DNA of 64,000 bases from Naegleria gruberi (Eukaryota). Of the stretch, positions 23,200-34,458 are shown piece by piece. The translations under genes were made by a program, and so were the position numbers. Position 1 is the stretch's first letter; each line of letters opens with the position of its first letter. The DNA is taken from NCBI GenBank assembly GCA_000004985.1, contig GG738891.1; one strand, given 5' to 3'. The notes below the pieces were generated by a model, which was not told where the DNA came from, searched no databases, and saw only the letters and a list, made by a program, of their open reading frames with translations.

Positions 23200-23622
23200 A
23201 TGTCATCAAGAAAGCAAAGTGCCAAACCAAAAGCCAAATTCAACAAGCCAGAATATTGTTTGAATTTTAGTGCATCGGAAATGATAACAATAACATCAGA
23301 AGATGGTTTTCAATTTTATATCGATAAGAGATGTGCTTCCTTTTGCAAAAGATTTAGAGAAGGTAAATAATCGTTATAATTTAATGGAGATAGGAAATAC
23401 AAAAATATTATTACTAATACAATAACAATAATCAAAACAGAAATTGATGAAGGAAAAACTGTAATTTGTGTAGACTATCCATCAAATATTGTTGAACAGG
23501 TTATTGAATACTTGTACTATAAACAAAGATATGATAATGAAGCTGAGAATAGACCTGAATTTCCAATTGATTTATACAACGCTCTCGATTTGATGACTGC
23601 AAGTTATGCTTTGGGGTGTTAA
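23200..23622 (+). CDS. Elongin C (SKP1-fold) homolog, 2 exons, 114 aa; not present in the ORF track
   Basis: Exons 23200..23362 and 23441..23622, with a 78-nt intron (GTAAAT..CAG, phase 1). The protein ...EYCLNFSASEMITITSEDGFQFYIDKRCA...VICVDYPSNIVEQVIEYLYYKQRY...EFPIDLYNALDLMTASYALGC aligns along its length with Elongin C, including the C-terminal LxC. AAAAAAATG start. Confidence 0.75.
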
Positions 23623-23626
23623 TTTC

Positions 23627-25795
23627 TTATTTCAAGAAGTTTTTATTGATTTCTGTAGCTATTTTAACCATTTCAATCTTTGAGTTATGTCTTCTATCGA
23701 CAGGAAGTGATTTCTGTTGAACGAATCTAATAGCTATATTTGTAAATAATTTTGGAGCATTTGGAAGAACTTGTTTTCTCCAAAAATCTTCCATATCTGA
23801 AATGCTAATACTCTCATTACCAAATGTCTCAAATACAATTGCAATTTCCTTAAATACCAATTCATTATATTTAGATGTGAAATTCTTTTCATTCATCTTA
23901 AGTTGTACGCTATCATTTCCACTGATTGGTGAATATCCTACACAAGCACATCTTCTAATATTTGAATACTTGTTGTAAAAGGCGTGTTCAATACAAGGTG
24001 GAGCTATCATGTGTTTTCTTTCATTTTCCAATGCAATATGGAACATGTGGCTCAATCTTCCACAATACCAAAGCATTTTGTTCTCGTCCATGTAGCCAAT
24101 ATCTCCTGTTTTGTGGTAAAGAATTCCATTTATCATCTCCTTACTTGTCTTCATTGCATTGTCGTCAAGCTCATATCTTGGACTAATGGCAGATCCACCA
24201 ACCCAAATTTCACCAATATTGGATGTTGAAACATATTCTTGATTTCTAATCAAAATTGTAATGTTTGGACATTCCTTGCCAACACAATATCCCTTTGTAA
24301 TACTGTATATTTCGCTATCTGATGTGTAAATATTATCCAACTCATATGTATTAGTCAAACAAATGGGTAACCCCTCAGTAGCTCCATAAGTTGGGAAAAT
24401 TGCTGGCTCACTTGATTCTTTTGAGGCCCATTTTCTTAATTTTTGATGAAGTGAATAAGGAGCTACAGAACCGCCACATAACAATACCTCCAGCGGTGGA
24501 GAGATAGTATTCTCTTCTTTGATTGACCCAGCAGCTTCATTCATTTTCTTGCAATAATCAATTACTTCCATCCATACAATAGGAGAGCAAAATCCCATTC
24601 TTGGATAAAATACATTCAAGGCGTTGATGTAGTGCTTGGAGTTAACACTAGCTGGGCTTGCCAAATTAAAAGGTGGAACAATTGCTGTCAATCCCATACA
24701 GTTTACACATAAAGTCATTACTGTGTTGTGATTGATTACTCTGTCTTGTCTTCCTTTTATGAGATATGGCCTCATTAATTCGTTAAAGCTATATATTTGA
24801 TTCTTTAACATTCCGTGAGTAATGTGAACAAGCTTTGGAATACCTGTAGTTCCAGTTGTATTGACAATAACTACAGTTTCGTCATCATCAAATTGGTAGA
24901 GATTTTCATCATTTTCCTCTGGTTCAATTTGTAGCTTTTCAACATTAACAATTTTTGTAATTTTCTTCCATTCTGGACGATTCTTGCTCAGTAAATTGAA
25001 AGCTCTATCAGAAGGTGTAAATAGCAAAACCTTTTTAGCAATATTGAGGAATTGTCTCTTTTTGAACAAGCTTGCGGCTTGAATCACTAAATAAATAAGT
25101 GGTGAAACAATTACAGCGTCAATATTCAATTTAGGAATCCACTCAAGGAAACTATCAATTCCACATTCATTAGGGTTCAATACAAGAATTTCTTGACCAG
25201 TTTGAATCAATGAAAATACCAATGGAACAAGTTGAATATCGTTTGGATCAACTAGAATAATGACTCTATTTTTGTTCTTATCCTTCAATTCATTTCCAAT
25301 AACTCTATTATAAAATCTAATTGATTTTCTAACTTGATGAAAGGTCATTGAATTGTTTGTATCATTAATTTTGTAAAGATAATCAGCTGGATATAAATTG
25401 ATTTTTCCAAGAGCAAAAAATATCAAAAAAGGTGTAAATAATAATGCCTTTTGATAACCTTCCAAATAATAAAACAGTAAAATGAAAATAGTCCACCCAG
25501 TCAAATAATAAATAAATTTGTTAAATTTAACATTAGTTGGATAATGAAGAGCAGGTACTTCTGGATCTTTTTCCGCAACTTGTTCAAATAATTTTCCTAA
25601 AACATTATTAGGTTTGATTTTTTGTTTAGATCGATCTCTTGGTGGAGGAAGAGGTGGTTGTTGAGCAATATTTTCTTGATCACTATCAATTGAAATTGTT
25701 GATTGTTCATAGCTTGCATCTTCTTCATCGGAAAATTCAATTAAAGCTTCTTTTGTTTTACCAGAGGAAGCAATGCCTTCTCTTGAAATTGGCAT
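23627..25795 (-). CDS. AMP-binding (adenylate-forming, acyl-CoA synthetase/ligase superfamily) enzyme with an N-terminal extension containing 2 predicted TM helices
   Basis: AMP-binding motifs are present: NTTGTTGIPKLV (motif I), FPTYGATEG (motif II) and YHKTGDIGYMDENKMLWYCGR (motif III). N-terminal hydrophobic segments are FIYYLTGWTIFILLFYYL and LLFTPFLIFFALG. Its stop is 4 bp from the Elongin C stop (convergent). Confidence 0.75.
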   Translation of the reverse strand: MPISREGIASSGKTKEALIEFSDEEDASYEQSTISIDSDQENIAQQPPLPPPRDRSKQKIKPNNVLGKLFEQVAEKDPEVPALHYPTNVKFNKFIYYLTGWTIFILLFYYLEGYQKALLFTPFLIFFALGKINLYPADYLYKINDTNNSMTFHQVRKSIRFYNRVIGNELKDKNKNRVIILVDPNDIQLVPLVFSLIQTGQEILVLNPNECGIDSFLEWIPKLNIDAVIVSPLIYLVIQAASLFKKRQFLNIAKKVLLFTPSDRAFNLLSKNRPEWKKITKIVNVEKLQIEPEENDENLYQFDDDETVVIVNTTGTTGIPKLVHITHGMLKNQIYSFNELMRPYLIKGRQDRVINHNTVMTLCVNCMGLTAIVPPFNLASPASVNSKHYINALNVFYPRMGFCSPIVWMEVIDYCKKMNEAAGSIKEENTISPPLEVLLCGGSVAPYSLHQKLRKWASKESSEPAIFPTYGATEGLPICLTNTYELDNIYTSDSEIYSITKGYCVGKECPNITILIRNQEYVSTSNIGEIWVGGSAISPRYELDDNAMKTSKEMINGILYHKTGDIGYMDENKMLWYCGRLSHMFHIALENERKHMIAPPCIEHAFYNKYSNIRRCACVGYSPISGNDSVQLKMNEKNFTSKYNELVFKEIAIVFETFGNESISISDMEDFWRKQVLPNAPKLFTNIAIRFVQQKSLPVDRRHNSKIEMVKIATEINKNFLK

Positions 25796-25964
25796 TTTTA
25801 TTTTTAAATTATTTAAATAAAAGATAATCCGAATTATTTAAGAAGAACTAATTGTTGACCACATGAGGCATTTCTACTTTTTATTTGGGTTTTTGATCTT
25901 TCTTTTATGGCTTATAGGGTTAAGTTCAAGTATACAACAGTTCCTCAATTATGGATCAAAGAAA

Positions 25965-27680
25965 TTATTGATCGTTTTGACCGTGTTCAACCAAAACTTT
26001 GACAGCTTCCTTAATCTTTTGATTGAGAGCATCAGTAGATTCAATCAATGTCAAAATATCAGAAACTTCCATATCCAAGAGCATACCAGTAATCTTTGGT
26101 GCATTCTTTGGTTCTCTCAAGTGAACGAGTGGGAAAAGTCTTTCACCCAACAATTGCTTTTGATCTTGTTCGCTAAGCTTAGCCAAGTATTCAGCAGTCA
26201 ATTGATCGGATGGAGCTTGTGTAGTTTGAGCTTCTTGAGTGTTTGGAGTAGTTTGTTGTGGTTGTTCTCTTGGTTGATTACGAGCATTGTTGTTGTATTT
26301 AATACGACCAGCATTCTTGGCAGTATTAGCATTACCACCACGAGCACCTCTTTGTGATGAACCACCACGAGACATACCACCACGGTTTTGGTTGGATTGA
26401 CGACCACCAGCAACTGGTTGCCAACGTGGCTTAATTTGACTTCCTGGAGGTGGGAAAGCACCTTGAGCAGGAATGAAGAATTGTGGCATCATTTGTGGGA
26501 TCATTTGTGGTTGTTTTCTAGCATTGTATTGAGCCTCGAGTTGTGAACGACGGAGTTCCTTTGGTTGAGCAAAGTTAACGTAAAGTGGTTTAGATCCAAT
26601 CATGTGACCAGACATTTCAGTCAAAGCCTTGTTGGCAGCTTCTGGAGTCTTGAAACAGACGAAACCAAATCCTCTACTTTGCTTGTTATCAGACATAACT
26701 TTAGCAGATGTAATATCACCAAACTTAGAGAATTCTTGTCTCAATCTTTCATCATCAACAGAATCATCCAAATTTTTAACATAGAGATTCAAACCCTTAT
26801 ATTTGTTAACCTTTTCTTGCTTCAATTTTTGGAAATATTCCTTCAATTTAGCTCTTCTTTCGTTCTTCTTTTGTGCTCTTCCAACAAACAACTTCTTATT
26901 TTTGAAATCCTTTTCATTCATCTCATCAATAGCGATAAGTGCTGAAGCGTGATCAGCAAAGTTAATAAAACCGAATTCCTTTGAAGCGCCGTTTTCTCCT
27001 CTCATAACGACAGCATTTTGAATTTCTCCAAACTTTGAGAAAACTTCTGAGAGTTCCTTTTCATCAACAGATGCATCAAGGTTCTTAACATAAATATTGG
27101 TGAATGAATCTTCATTGCTCAAAATCTTCAAACGTTCGGTCTTCTTTACAAATGGTCCAACGAAAACTTGTTTACCGTTTAACAACATTCCGTTAATTTT
27201 AGCAATAGCCTTTTCAGCAGCTTCTTGTGTTTCAAAGTGAACAAAACCATAGCCAGCTGATTCGACGTTATCGCCACCATTATCACCCTTCTTTGTTGCT
27301 TGACAAACCTTACAGGACAAAATGTTACCAAAGGCAGAGAATGTATCATAAAGAGCCTTGTTATCAATTGATTTATCCAAGTTCTTGATGAAGATATTTC
27401 CAATACCACTTTTACGAATTGATGGATCTCTTTGTGACCACATAATACGGATTGGAATACCCTTTACACTAGCATAATTCAAGGTATCGAGAGCTCTCTC
27501 GGCATCTTGTGGATTTTGGAAATTTACATAAGCATATCCAAGAGATTTACGAGTCATAGCATCTCTGCAGATACGGATGGAAATAATTGGACCAACTTCA
27601 TGGAAAAGGTCAAACAAGAGAGCTTCAGAAATTTCTTCGTGCAAGTCTCCGACGTAAAGAGAAGCAGAACTATAGTTCAT
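25965..27680 (-). CDS. Polyadenylate-binding protein (PABP): four RRMs plus C-terminal PABC/MLLE domain
   Basis: The N-terminus begins MNYSSASLYVGDLHEEISEALLFDLFHEVGPIISIRICRD. Four RNP1/RNP2-containing RRMs follow, then a Q/G/R-rich linker, then the MLLE motif (KITGMLLDMEVSDILTLIES). 571 aa, intronless. Confidence 0.9.
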   Translation of the reverse strand: MNYSSASLYVGDLHEEISEALLFDLFHEVGPIISIRICRDAMTRKSLGYAYVNFQNPQDAERALDTLNYASVKGIPIRIMWSQRDPSIRKSGIGNIFIKNLDKSIDNKALYDTFSAFGNILSCKVCQATKKGDNGGDNVESAGYGFVHFETQEAAEKAIAKINGMLLNGKQVFVGPFVKKTERLKILSNEDSFTNIYVKNLDASVDEKELSEVFSKFGEIQNAVVMRGENGASKEFGFINFADHASALIAIDEMNEKDFKNKKLFVGRAQKKNERRAKLKEYFQKLKQEKVNKYKGLNLYVKNLDDSVDDERLRQEFSKFGDITSAKVMSDNKQSRGFGFVCFKTPEAANKALTEMSGHMIGSKPLYVNFAQPKELRRSQLEAQYNARKQPQMIPQMMPQFFIPAQGAFPPPGSQIKPRWQPVAGGRQSNQNRGGMSRGGSSQRGARGGNANTAKNAGRIKYNNNARNQPREQPQQTTPNTQEAQTTQAPSDQLTAEYLAKLSEQDQKQLLGERLFPLVHLREPKNAPKITGMLLDMEVSDILTLIESTDALNQKIKEAVKVLVEHGQNDQ

Positions 27681-28133
27681 TGTGTAAATTTATAAGAGGT
27701 TTTAGAGGAAGAAACCGAAGCTGTTTGCGACGAGGTATTTTTTCGAAAGAAAAATCGCAATTATTTAGAGTCAACCTAGTCCTTGCCATTCTTACAACGT
27801 TGGCCGCTCTAAAAAATGCCAACCACGTAAAATTTTTTAAGAACAAAAATTATTGGGCTTGATGGAAACGTGTTATGTGACAAGGCAATAAAGGCAAGTG
27901 GCAAACACATCAAAATTTACCTTCAAGTCTTTGGTTGAAGTAAGACAAAGGTGTTGTGAGAGTTTAGGTAGCAAAGAATAATTTGCAGAAAAACTGAAGG
28001 TCCTCATTAGTAACATTGGACGTAGACAGTATACTACTAGATCGATAGGCCATCTAACAGGAATCCAAATGGAGAACTGATTTTTATTCTTCTCCTCTTC
28101 CGATGAGAAAAGTAGTAACATTGAACAAAAAAG

Positions 28134-29261
28134 ATGGGCAATTCCTCATCATCAAAGTCGTCAATATCAACCTCTCTATTTAATGAAGCGGATGAAGAGG
28201 AATACGAGGAAGAACATGAGGAAGTAAAAGAAAGACCAAGAAGATGGTTGTTGGATTCTAGTTTTGAAGAAGATAATGCCATCACAGAAAGTGAAATTAA
28301 ATCGGGTGGAGGAGAGGAAACTTTCCATGCTTTGTTACAGAACGAGGAAATAATATCACGAATCTTGATGATGTATTGTATAGATTTGTTGGATAATCTA
28401 CTGACCTTGAGATTAGTGAATCGATCTTTTATGAAAATTGTTGATCAATTTAATTTTATTTCATTTCATGTATTTGAAAATGCGTCAATCGAATATGTTG
28501 TTGATGATGAAGATGTAAAACAACAACAATTAACATGTAAGCGAATGAGACTTGTTAGGAAAATTCTTGAAAATATAACTAGCAATAAGAGGCAAGATCT
28601 ACCATGCTTTTTATCAAACATCAGTAATAAGAGAGATTTATTATTTACATTTAATTTAAAGGAACGAGAGAATATTACAAAAATTTCAAATCCTTTTTTA
28701 CAAATTTCAAAATACTTGAGTACTGGAAAGATGGATCAATATTTTCTAATTCCTTCTATTGAAATTTATTTGGAAATTAATCAATCATCTGTTCCTGTTC
28801 ACTTTAACATGCTTTTAATATCAGAGGAAACATCAAGTTTTGAAGAATATTTATTTAGATATTCCATTTCAATATCAGAGGAAGATGAATGGGAGACTAA
28901 GGTTTTTCCAATGCATAAGAGACAATTCTTTTCGAGTCCAAAGAATAATGCTCATCAAGTTCAACCAATAATTAATCGATCCAATAATAGTATTAATAAT
29001 ACGCAGAAAATCAAAAACAGAGGAAAATACAAGATTGTATTTTCATTTTCCAATAATTTTCAATTACACATTTCAACAATAGATATTCAACATAATTACT
29101 CCAAAAGCATAGATATAGTTCCTCTATTATCGGAGGATTATCAGAACAAACAATTGGCAACAATTCAAAATTTGATTAGAGATGTGAAAATTTCATGTTC
29201 CTCATCTGATTTGAACATTTGCAAGAGGGTTTCTTTCAAAACAAGTTTTGGCATTTCCTGA
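28134..29261 (+). CDS. Hypothetical protein with an N-terminal MGNSSSS myristoylation-type motif, an acidic stretch and an F-box-like segment
   Basis: 375-aa ORF with AAAAAAGATG start. Gly2 is followed by a Ser-rich run. A segment EEIISRILMMYCIDLLDNLLTLRLVNRSFMKIV is F-box-like. No confident domain assignment. Confidence 0.4.
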   Translation: MGNSSSSKSSISTSLFNEADEEEYEEEHEEVKERPRRWLLDSSFEEDNAITESEIKSGGGEETFHALLQNEEIISRILMMYCIDLLDNLLTLRLVNRSFMKIVDQFNFISFHVFENASIEYVVDDEDVKQQQLTCKRMRLVRKILENITSNKRQDLPCFLSNISNKRDLLFTFNLKERENITKISNPFLQISKYLSTGKMDQYFLIPSIEIYLEINQSSVPVHFNMLLISEETSSFEEYLFRYSISISEEDEWETKVFPMHKRQFFSSPKNNAHQVQPIINRSNNSINNTQKIKNRGKYKIVFSFSNNFQLHISTIDIQHNYSKSIDIVPLLSEDYQNKQLATIQNLIRDVKISCSSSDLNICKRVSFKTSFGIS

Positions 29262-29483
29262 GGAATATCAGATTATTACAGGTTAACTTGTCCTATTTTC
29301 AATAAAAGCTTTCAAAGTTGTTTGTTCTTATGATAATTTATTAACAGGGTAAATTAAACTCACAGAATATCATTTTAAATTTAGCGCCATTTTTGCTTCC
29401 CGCCATTAAAAAATGAAAAATACTCTCGTTACAAGATTTAATAGCTTAACGAACAATGACTTGCCGCTCAGATTTGCTGGTGG

Positions 29484-31831
29484 ATGATGGGAACAATTTC
29501 CCTCCCAAGTTGTTTGGCGCCTCTCACCACTATGAAACAATCATTTAATAAAAAACAAATGAACAACACCACGACCACAAACCTGCTGACGACAAGCAAC
29601 ACTCCTGCTACAGCAAATAGAAGTGAAGGAGTACAACAAATGAATACTTGTGGCCGAAGCAATACATCATCAACAATGCCAAGCAATATTCAACATGAAT
29701 ATACTATTGCTTCATCTCAAGTGCCAAATAATTATTCACGGGAATATACTTTTCTGAAAAACAATTCTAGGAGCAACTCTTCTGCACAGGAAATTAGTTC
29801 TTCTATTCAAGGACCATTCTCTGAAACAATGTCAATTAAAACTGAGAAGATAGCAGCTGGGATATCAGAAAGAGCAAATGTTTCTCCATTTTCTGAAAGT
29901 AAGCCAATAATTGCTTCTTCATGTATTGAAACATTTACAAATCCATACCATACTCCTTTACTGGGTACGCAATCAATGATCGAGCCTTGTGTACCAATAA
30001 GAAAGCTTCCAAACCTTACCATAAATGTAAACAATAATAGTAGCACTGCTGTCCTTGCATCAGCTGGTTCACATTCTGCTAAACCAAATCAAACTTCACC
30101 TCCTCCACCTTCCAATTTTCCAACAATTCCATTACTTCCAGCCAATTTCACAACAACTACCACTTTAAGTAGTGGTACTTGCACATCAGTGCTTGGCAAC
30201 TGTGGACCAATTCCATTTTCCTTTTCAAAGCCAACTAGTTCATTTGCAGAATTAGGAGAAATCATTTCTCAAGGTAACTTTGGAATACCTAATTCCTCAA
30301 CCTATTGTAATGATACCATTAGTTGCAATTCTACTACTAGCTCTACTTTTGAAGAACCTAAGAAAGTCAAGAATAGAAAAGAAAAATCACTCACCATGAT
30401 TTGCAGCAAGTTTATCCAATACTATGAAGAAAAGGCTAATAGCCCAACAACTAGCGCTCAATCAAAGGGTGACATTAAGATTGAAGAAGCTGTTAACACA
30501 CTAGGTATTGAAAAGAGAAGAATTTATGATATTTTAAATGTCCTCGAAAGTATTTCTATTGTAACAAAAGTTGGTGTTTCATGCTATAAATTCAATGGAA
30601 CAAAGTGCCTCAACGCTACTCTTGAACAAATGAAAAACAGTGCTTTCGTAGATCCACTCCTTTTTGAAGGTATTCAATCACTCCCAAAAAATCCACAAAA
30701 CGAACCAATTATTAAGAGTTTATCAAAGTTTAAACAATCATCTATGACTCATACTTCAAGATCGAACACATTGACATCATTGAGCAGGCTCTTGATTATG
30801 TGTTTCTTGGCAACTGAAGTTAAAGAAATTACACAAGATCAACTTTTGGCCATTGTGCTAAAAGATTCTACCGAAAAGAGTAAGTTGTCAAAGAAATTTT
30901 ATTCTAATTATGATAATTAATAGCGAGAACAAGAAGATTAAATGATATTGTAAACATTTTATCTGCCATTCACTTACTTGAAAAGAAAACTGAAAAGAGT
31001 GTTAATGTTTTCAAGTGGCTTGGTGGATCTTACGCAAATGAAAACAAACCAGTCAGTTCTATCATATCTCCTTCTAAAATGCCTCTGAAAAAGAGAAAGA
31101 GAGTTAAGGCTGGATCACAAGGATCAGATAACGAAACATCTCCATTAACCATTGAAGGTGGTCCTTCTTTTTCTATTGTTGATATACCACAACCTGAAAA
31201 TTCAAAGAACGAAATTTCTGAAATTAGTCCAGTGCCAATCTCTACAGTTTCTCCATCATTTTTCCAAAGCAGTACAACCACTTGTAAAACTCCAACATCT
31301 AGTGGTAGCAACAGCAGTGGTGGTCTTCATTTTCAATTCAGATCGCCACCAAGTAAGAAGAATAAGACCATTCCACTTTCTTCATTCACAACTGTTTTGG
31401 GAGGCGCACCAAAGATTTCTCCAAAGAACTTGAATGAAATCTTCAAGTCAAGCGAGCAACCAATTACGAATAATTCAAATATTCCTGTCCAAAGCCCAAC
31501 CATTCCAAATGCTGGTATTACCACAACATTTGGTAAATTGGGCTCTGGAAGCATTTTTTCACAAACTTCTGGTCAAGTTTCACCTCGAGTAATGCCTTCA
31601 GCTATTAAGGCAACCATTTTCAACGAAAATAATAAGGAAAATGTCTGTAAGCCAACAGTTTCTCAAACTACAAAGAAACCATTATCACCTAACGACAATG
31701 CACAACAAGGTAAAATCACTTTCAAGATTCGTGGTACCAATGAAACAACTTTAGCTCCAAGACAACCACTTGGTCTTAAAACAGACAATGGCGTTAATAA
31801 TCAACAAAATATTAAATCTCCAAGACCTTAA
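29484..31831 (+). CDS. Atypical E2F (E2F7/8/DEL-like) transcription factor with two E2F winged-helix DNA-binding domains, 2 exons
   Basis: The first domain is KSLTMICSKFIQYYEE...IEKRRIYDILNVLESISIVTKVGVSCYKFNG, in exon 1. A 44-nt intron at 30880-30923 (GTAAGT..TAG, phase 1) joins it to ...TRTRRLNDIVNILSAIHLLEKKTEKSVNVFKWLGG, the second E2F/DP-type domain. The frame then continues into ORF 31079..31831 (MPLKKRKR... NLS-like). The start codon is uncertain: 29484, 29532 or 29559, the last having the A-rich context. Confidence 0.7.
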
Positions 31832-31847
31832 ATTTTCTAAAATAGTT

Positions 31848-34141
31848 TTATTTATTCAACAGCTTCATTAATCGTTCAGAATCTACTACAGATGCATCTT
31901 TTTCAAGTTTCTTTTTACAAGTAAGGTAGGCACGTTCAGCTTGTGCAACAATATTGTTCAGCTCTATGGCTCCAGAAAGATCAATGCATGCCTTCAAAAT
32001 ATCATCAAATCTATACTTTTGTGTGACAACCTCGTTTCTAATTTTTTGTAACATGGCGTAACAGATGAAAAGATGGAAGTGGTTTCCATATATTCCAGTC
32101 CATAACTTTTCCCACATATTTTTGCATGATTCAAAATCAAACTCTCTTTTCAACTCCACTAACACCCATCTGAAACAGAAATACAAGTTAAGTGCATCAA
32201 CAGATTGTAAGTGACGGTAGAATTCAGGATCAAGTAATTTGATCAAAGAAACCAATGACACTAATTGATCTTCCATTCCTTGAGAATTCATCTCAAAGTT
32301 ACTTTGTCTAGTTTCCATTATACAAGCAAAACACCAGAATGATTCTACTTCATCTTTCATAATTTCTAACATAATACTGGCATAATCTCCCATTCCTTGT
32401 ACATAACTCAAATCAAAATTGTAGAAAGTGTATGTCAACAGGATGTCATGTAACATAACCAACCATTCACTATCATCACTAGCATACATTGGATGAGTTC
32501 TGTCTGTTCTAATAACATCCTTTTCTATTCTGCTCTTTCTGTCTCTATAAAGAGCAAATCTAGATTCTTGAATGGTAGAAATTGTTGTCCATTGAGATTT
32601 ATAACCATAGTATTCCTTTCTCTTTTCCTCGAGCAGAACTTCTCTTTCACTATAGGTCGAGTTATGAGGATAAAATCCTAACAAGAATTTCCAAACTTCC
32701 TTTCTTATACTATTTTCAACTCCTCCATAGTAAATTTTTTCCTTAAGAGCTTGGAAATCCTTAATTCTACCTTCCTCATCAAAGTATGTCTTCCAAGATT
32801 CAGCAGTGATTGGAGTATCCATTCTTGGAGTCCAACCAATATCTTCTGGTGATTCAATTTTAGGCTTTTGTTGTTGTACATCTATAACTTTGACTGGTTC
32901 AATATCGTTGAAATAATCATCTACTTCCTTGTTTTCCTCTGGCAAATAATTATCATATATTGATTCCTTAAGAGATTCTCTTATTATAGGTGGTGGAACT
33001 TTCTTCTTGTCCTCTAATTAACGATTAAGATCAAATGATATAATTTAACAAAAAACATACCTTCCATCTTTTGCCTTACTTTGAGTAAACTCATAGCAAG
33101 ATTTTCCGAGCCTCCAACTTTGTTATCTACTGAAAGTTCATCTGATTGATTGAATAGTGCACTTGTTAAATCTCTAGCTCCTTTTGTAATTTTACTTCCC
33201 CACTCCAAGATTTGCCAGTATCCATCCTTCTCCTTATACATATCATCAAAATAGTCATCAAAATTAAATTGGTTGATGGTTTTTGATGCTTCTGATGACT
33301 CTGCAGAAATGTAGTAAATATTCTGATCTTTACTACTCTTTTTCAATGTCACTTGTCTATTAAATTCTGAAATGAAATCTACCAATCCACCATCATGGAA
33401 AAACAATGGAGGATAAGTTGTTTCATCTCTCATTGTGATTAAAAGAAAATGATATCCTAATTTTGGAGTTTGTTTTTTGAAATGAGAAATATCTACTGTT
33501 CTCACAACCAATGCGTATGCTGATTCATTTCTTTGAACAAATGGGCTATTATTTTGACTTATATCTACAATACTTCCTTGTGATGGACTACTTGCTAAAT
33601 TTGAGTTTGGAACTCTATGAGAATATCTATCAGGTGTTACAATTTCTCCATTAGATCTTTCATGTAAAACTAAATCGCTATTAAAAGTACAAAGTGTTGA
33701 ATATGGACACCAAACTACATAATAACAAGATCTTAAAACTGGTTGTACATTAGATGTTTCAACAATAAGAGATTTAGCTGTCATTACACTTCTACCAGTA
33801 TTTTCTGTAGTTTTTTCAGTCAAATCCCTCACTAAAAACATAGCACCAGGAATTTGGTCAACAATATCCGAACCTTTTTGATTTGTTGTTTGAATAGAAG
33901 TGTGGATATAGATATCATCCTTTCTCACTACAATTGAATACTTTGAAGATGCTAAATTTTGAGAAGAAAGCAATTCCCTAATATTGGGAGTATCTCCTCT
34001 CACATAGAATGAACTTCCGAATGTTGAATCTGAATTAAAAACTACTTGTGGTGATCCTTCTTCACTTTCATCATCTGATGATTCATGATGATAAATCAAA
34101 ACACTATTATTTAAATCATCCATTCTAAATATAATATACAA
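31848..34141 (-). CDS. TBC-domain Rab GTPase-activating protein (TBC1D15/17 / Gyp7-like) with an N-terminal RabGAP-N region, 2 exons
   Basis: ORF 33014..34141 (N-terminal region including LFFHDGG) joins ORF 31848..32945 through a 47-nt intron at 33014-33060 (GTATGT..TAG, phase 1), giving ...KMEG|EDKKKVPPPII...ENKEVDDYF. The TBC domain has RTDRTHPMY (Arg finger) and YVQGMGDY (Gln finger). Confidence 0.75.
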
Positions 34142-34458
34142 TTACAATCAATATACAACTCCAATTATTCTTCTAAAGTTAGCCTTTATAATCGGAAGAG
34201 TTTCTATTCGTTGAAATTTGGAGTAACTTTTAGCAACAACACACGTGATGATGATTGTTGTTCGTTATTTTTTTTTAGTATTAAGTGATGAGCTGTTTTT
34301 ATATTGTGTTACCGCGAAGAACAATTGAAACACGTTTGATTGAGAGAGAGATGAAGATTTATTAATAACTTTCTAATTGAAGATTTGTTAATATTTCAAA
34401 GATCAATGAATAATTTTACTCTTTTACAAATGGTTTGAGTTTTTGGTTGACAAAAAAA

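Noticed and set aside
25863-26945. Plus-strand ORFs 25863..26357 and 26565..26945 overlapping the PABP gene
   Set aside because: They are antisense to a very well-supported CDS. The composition is low-complexity and they have no A-run start context.
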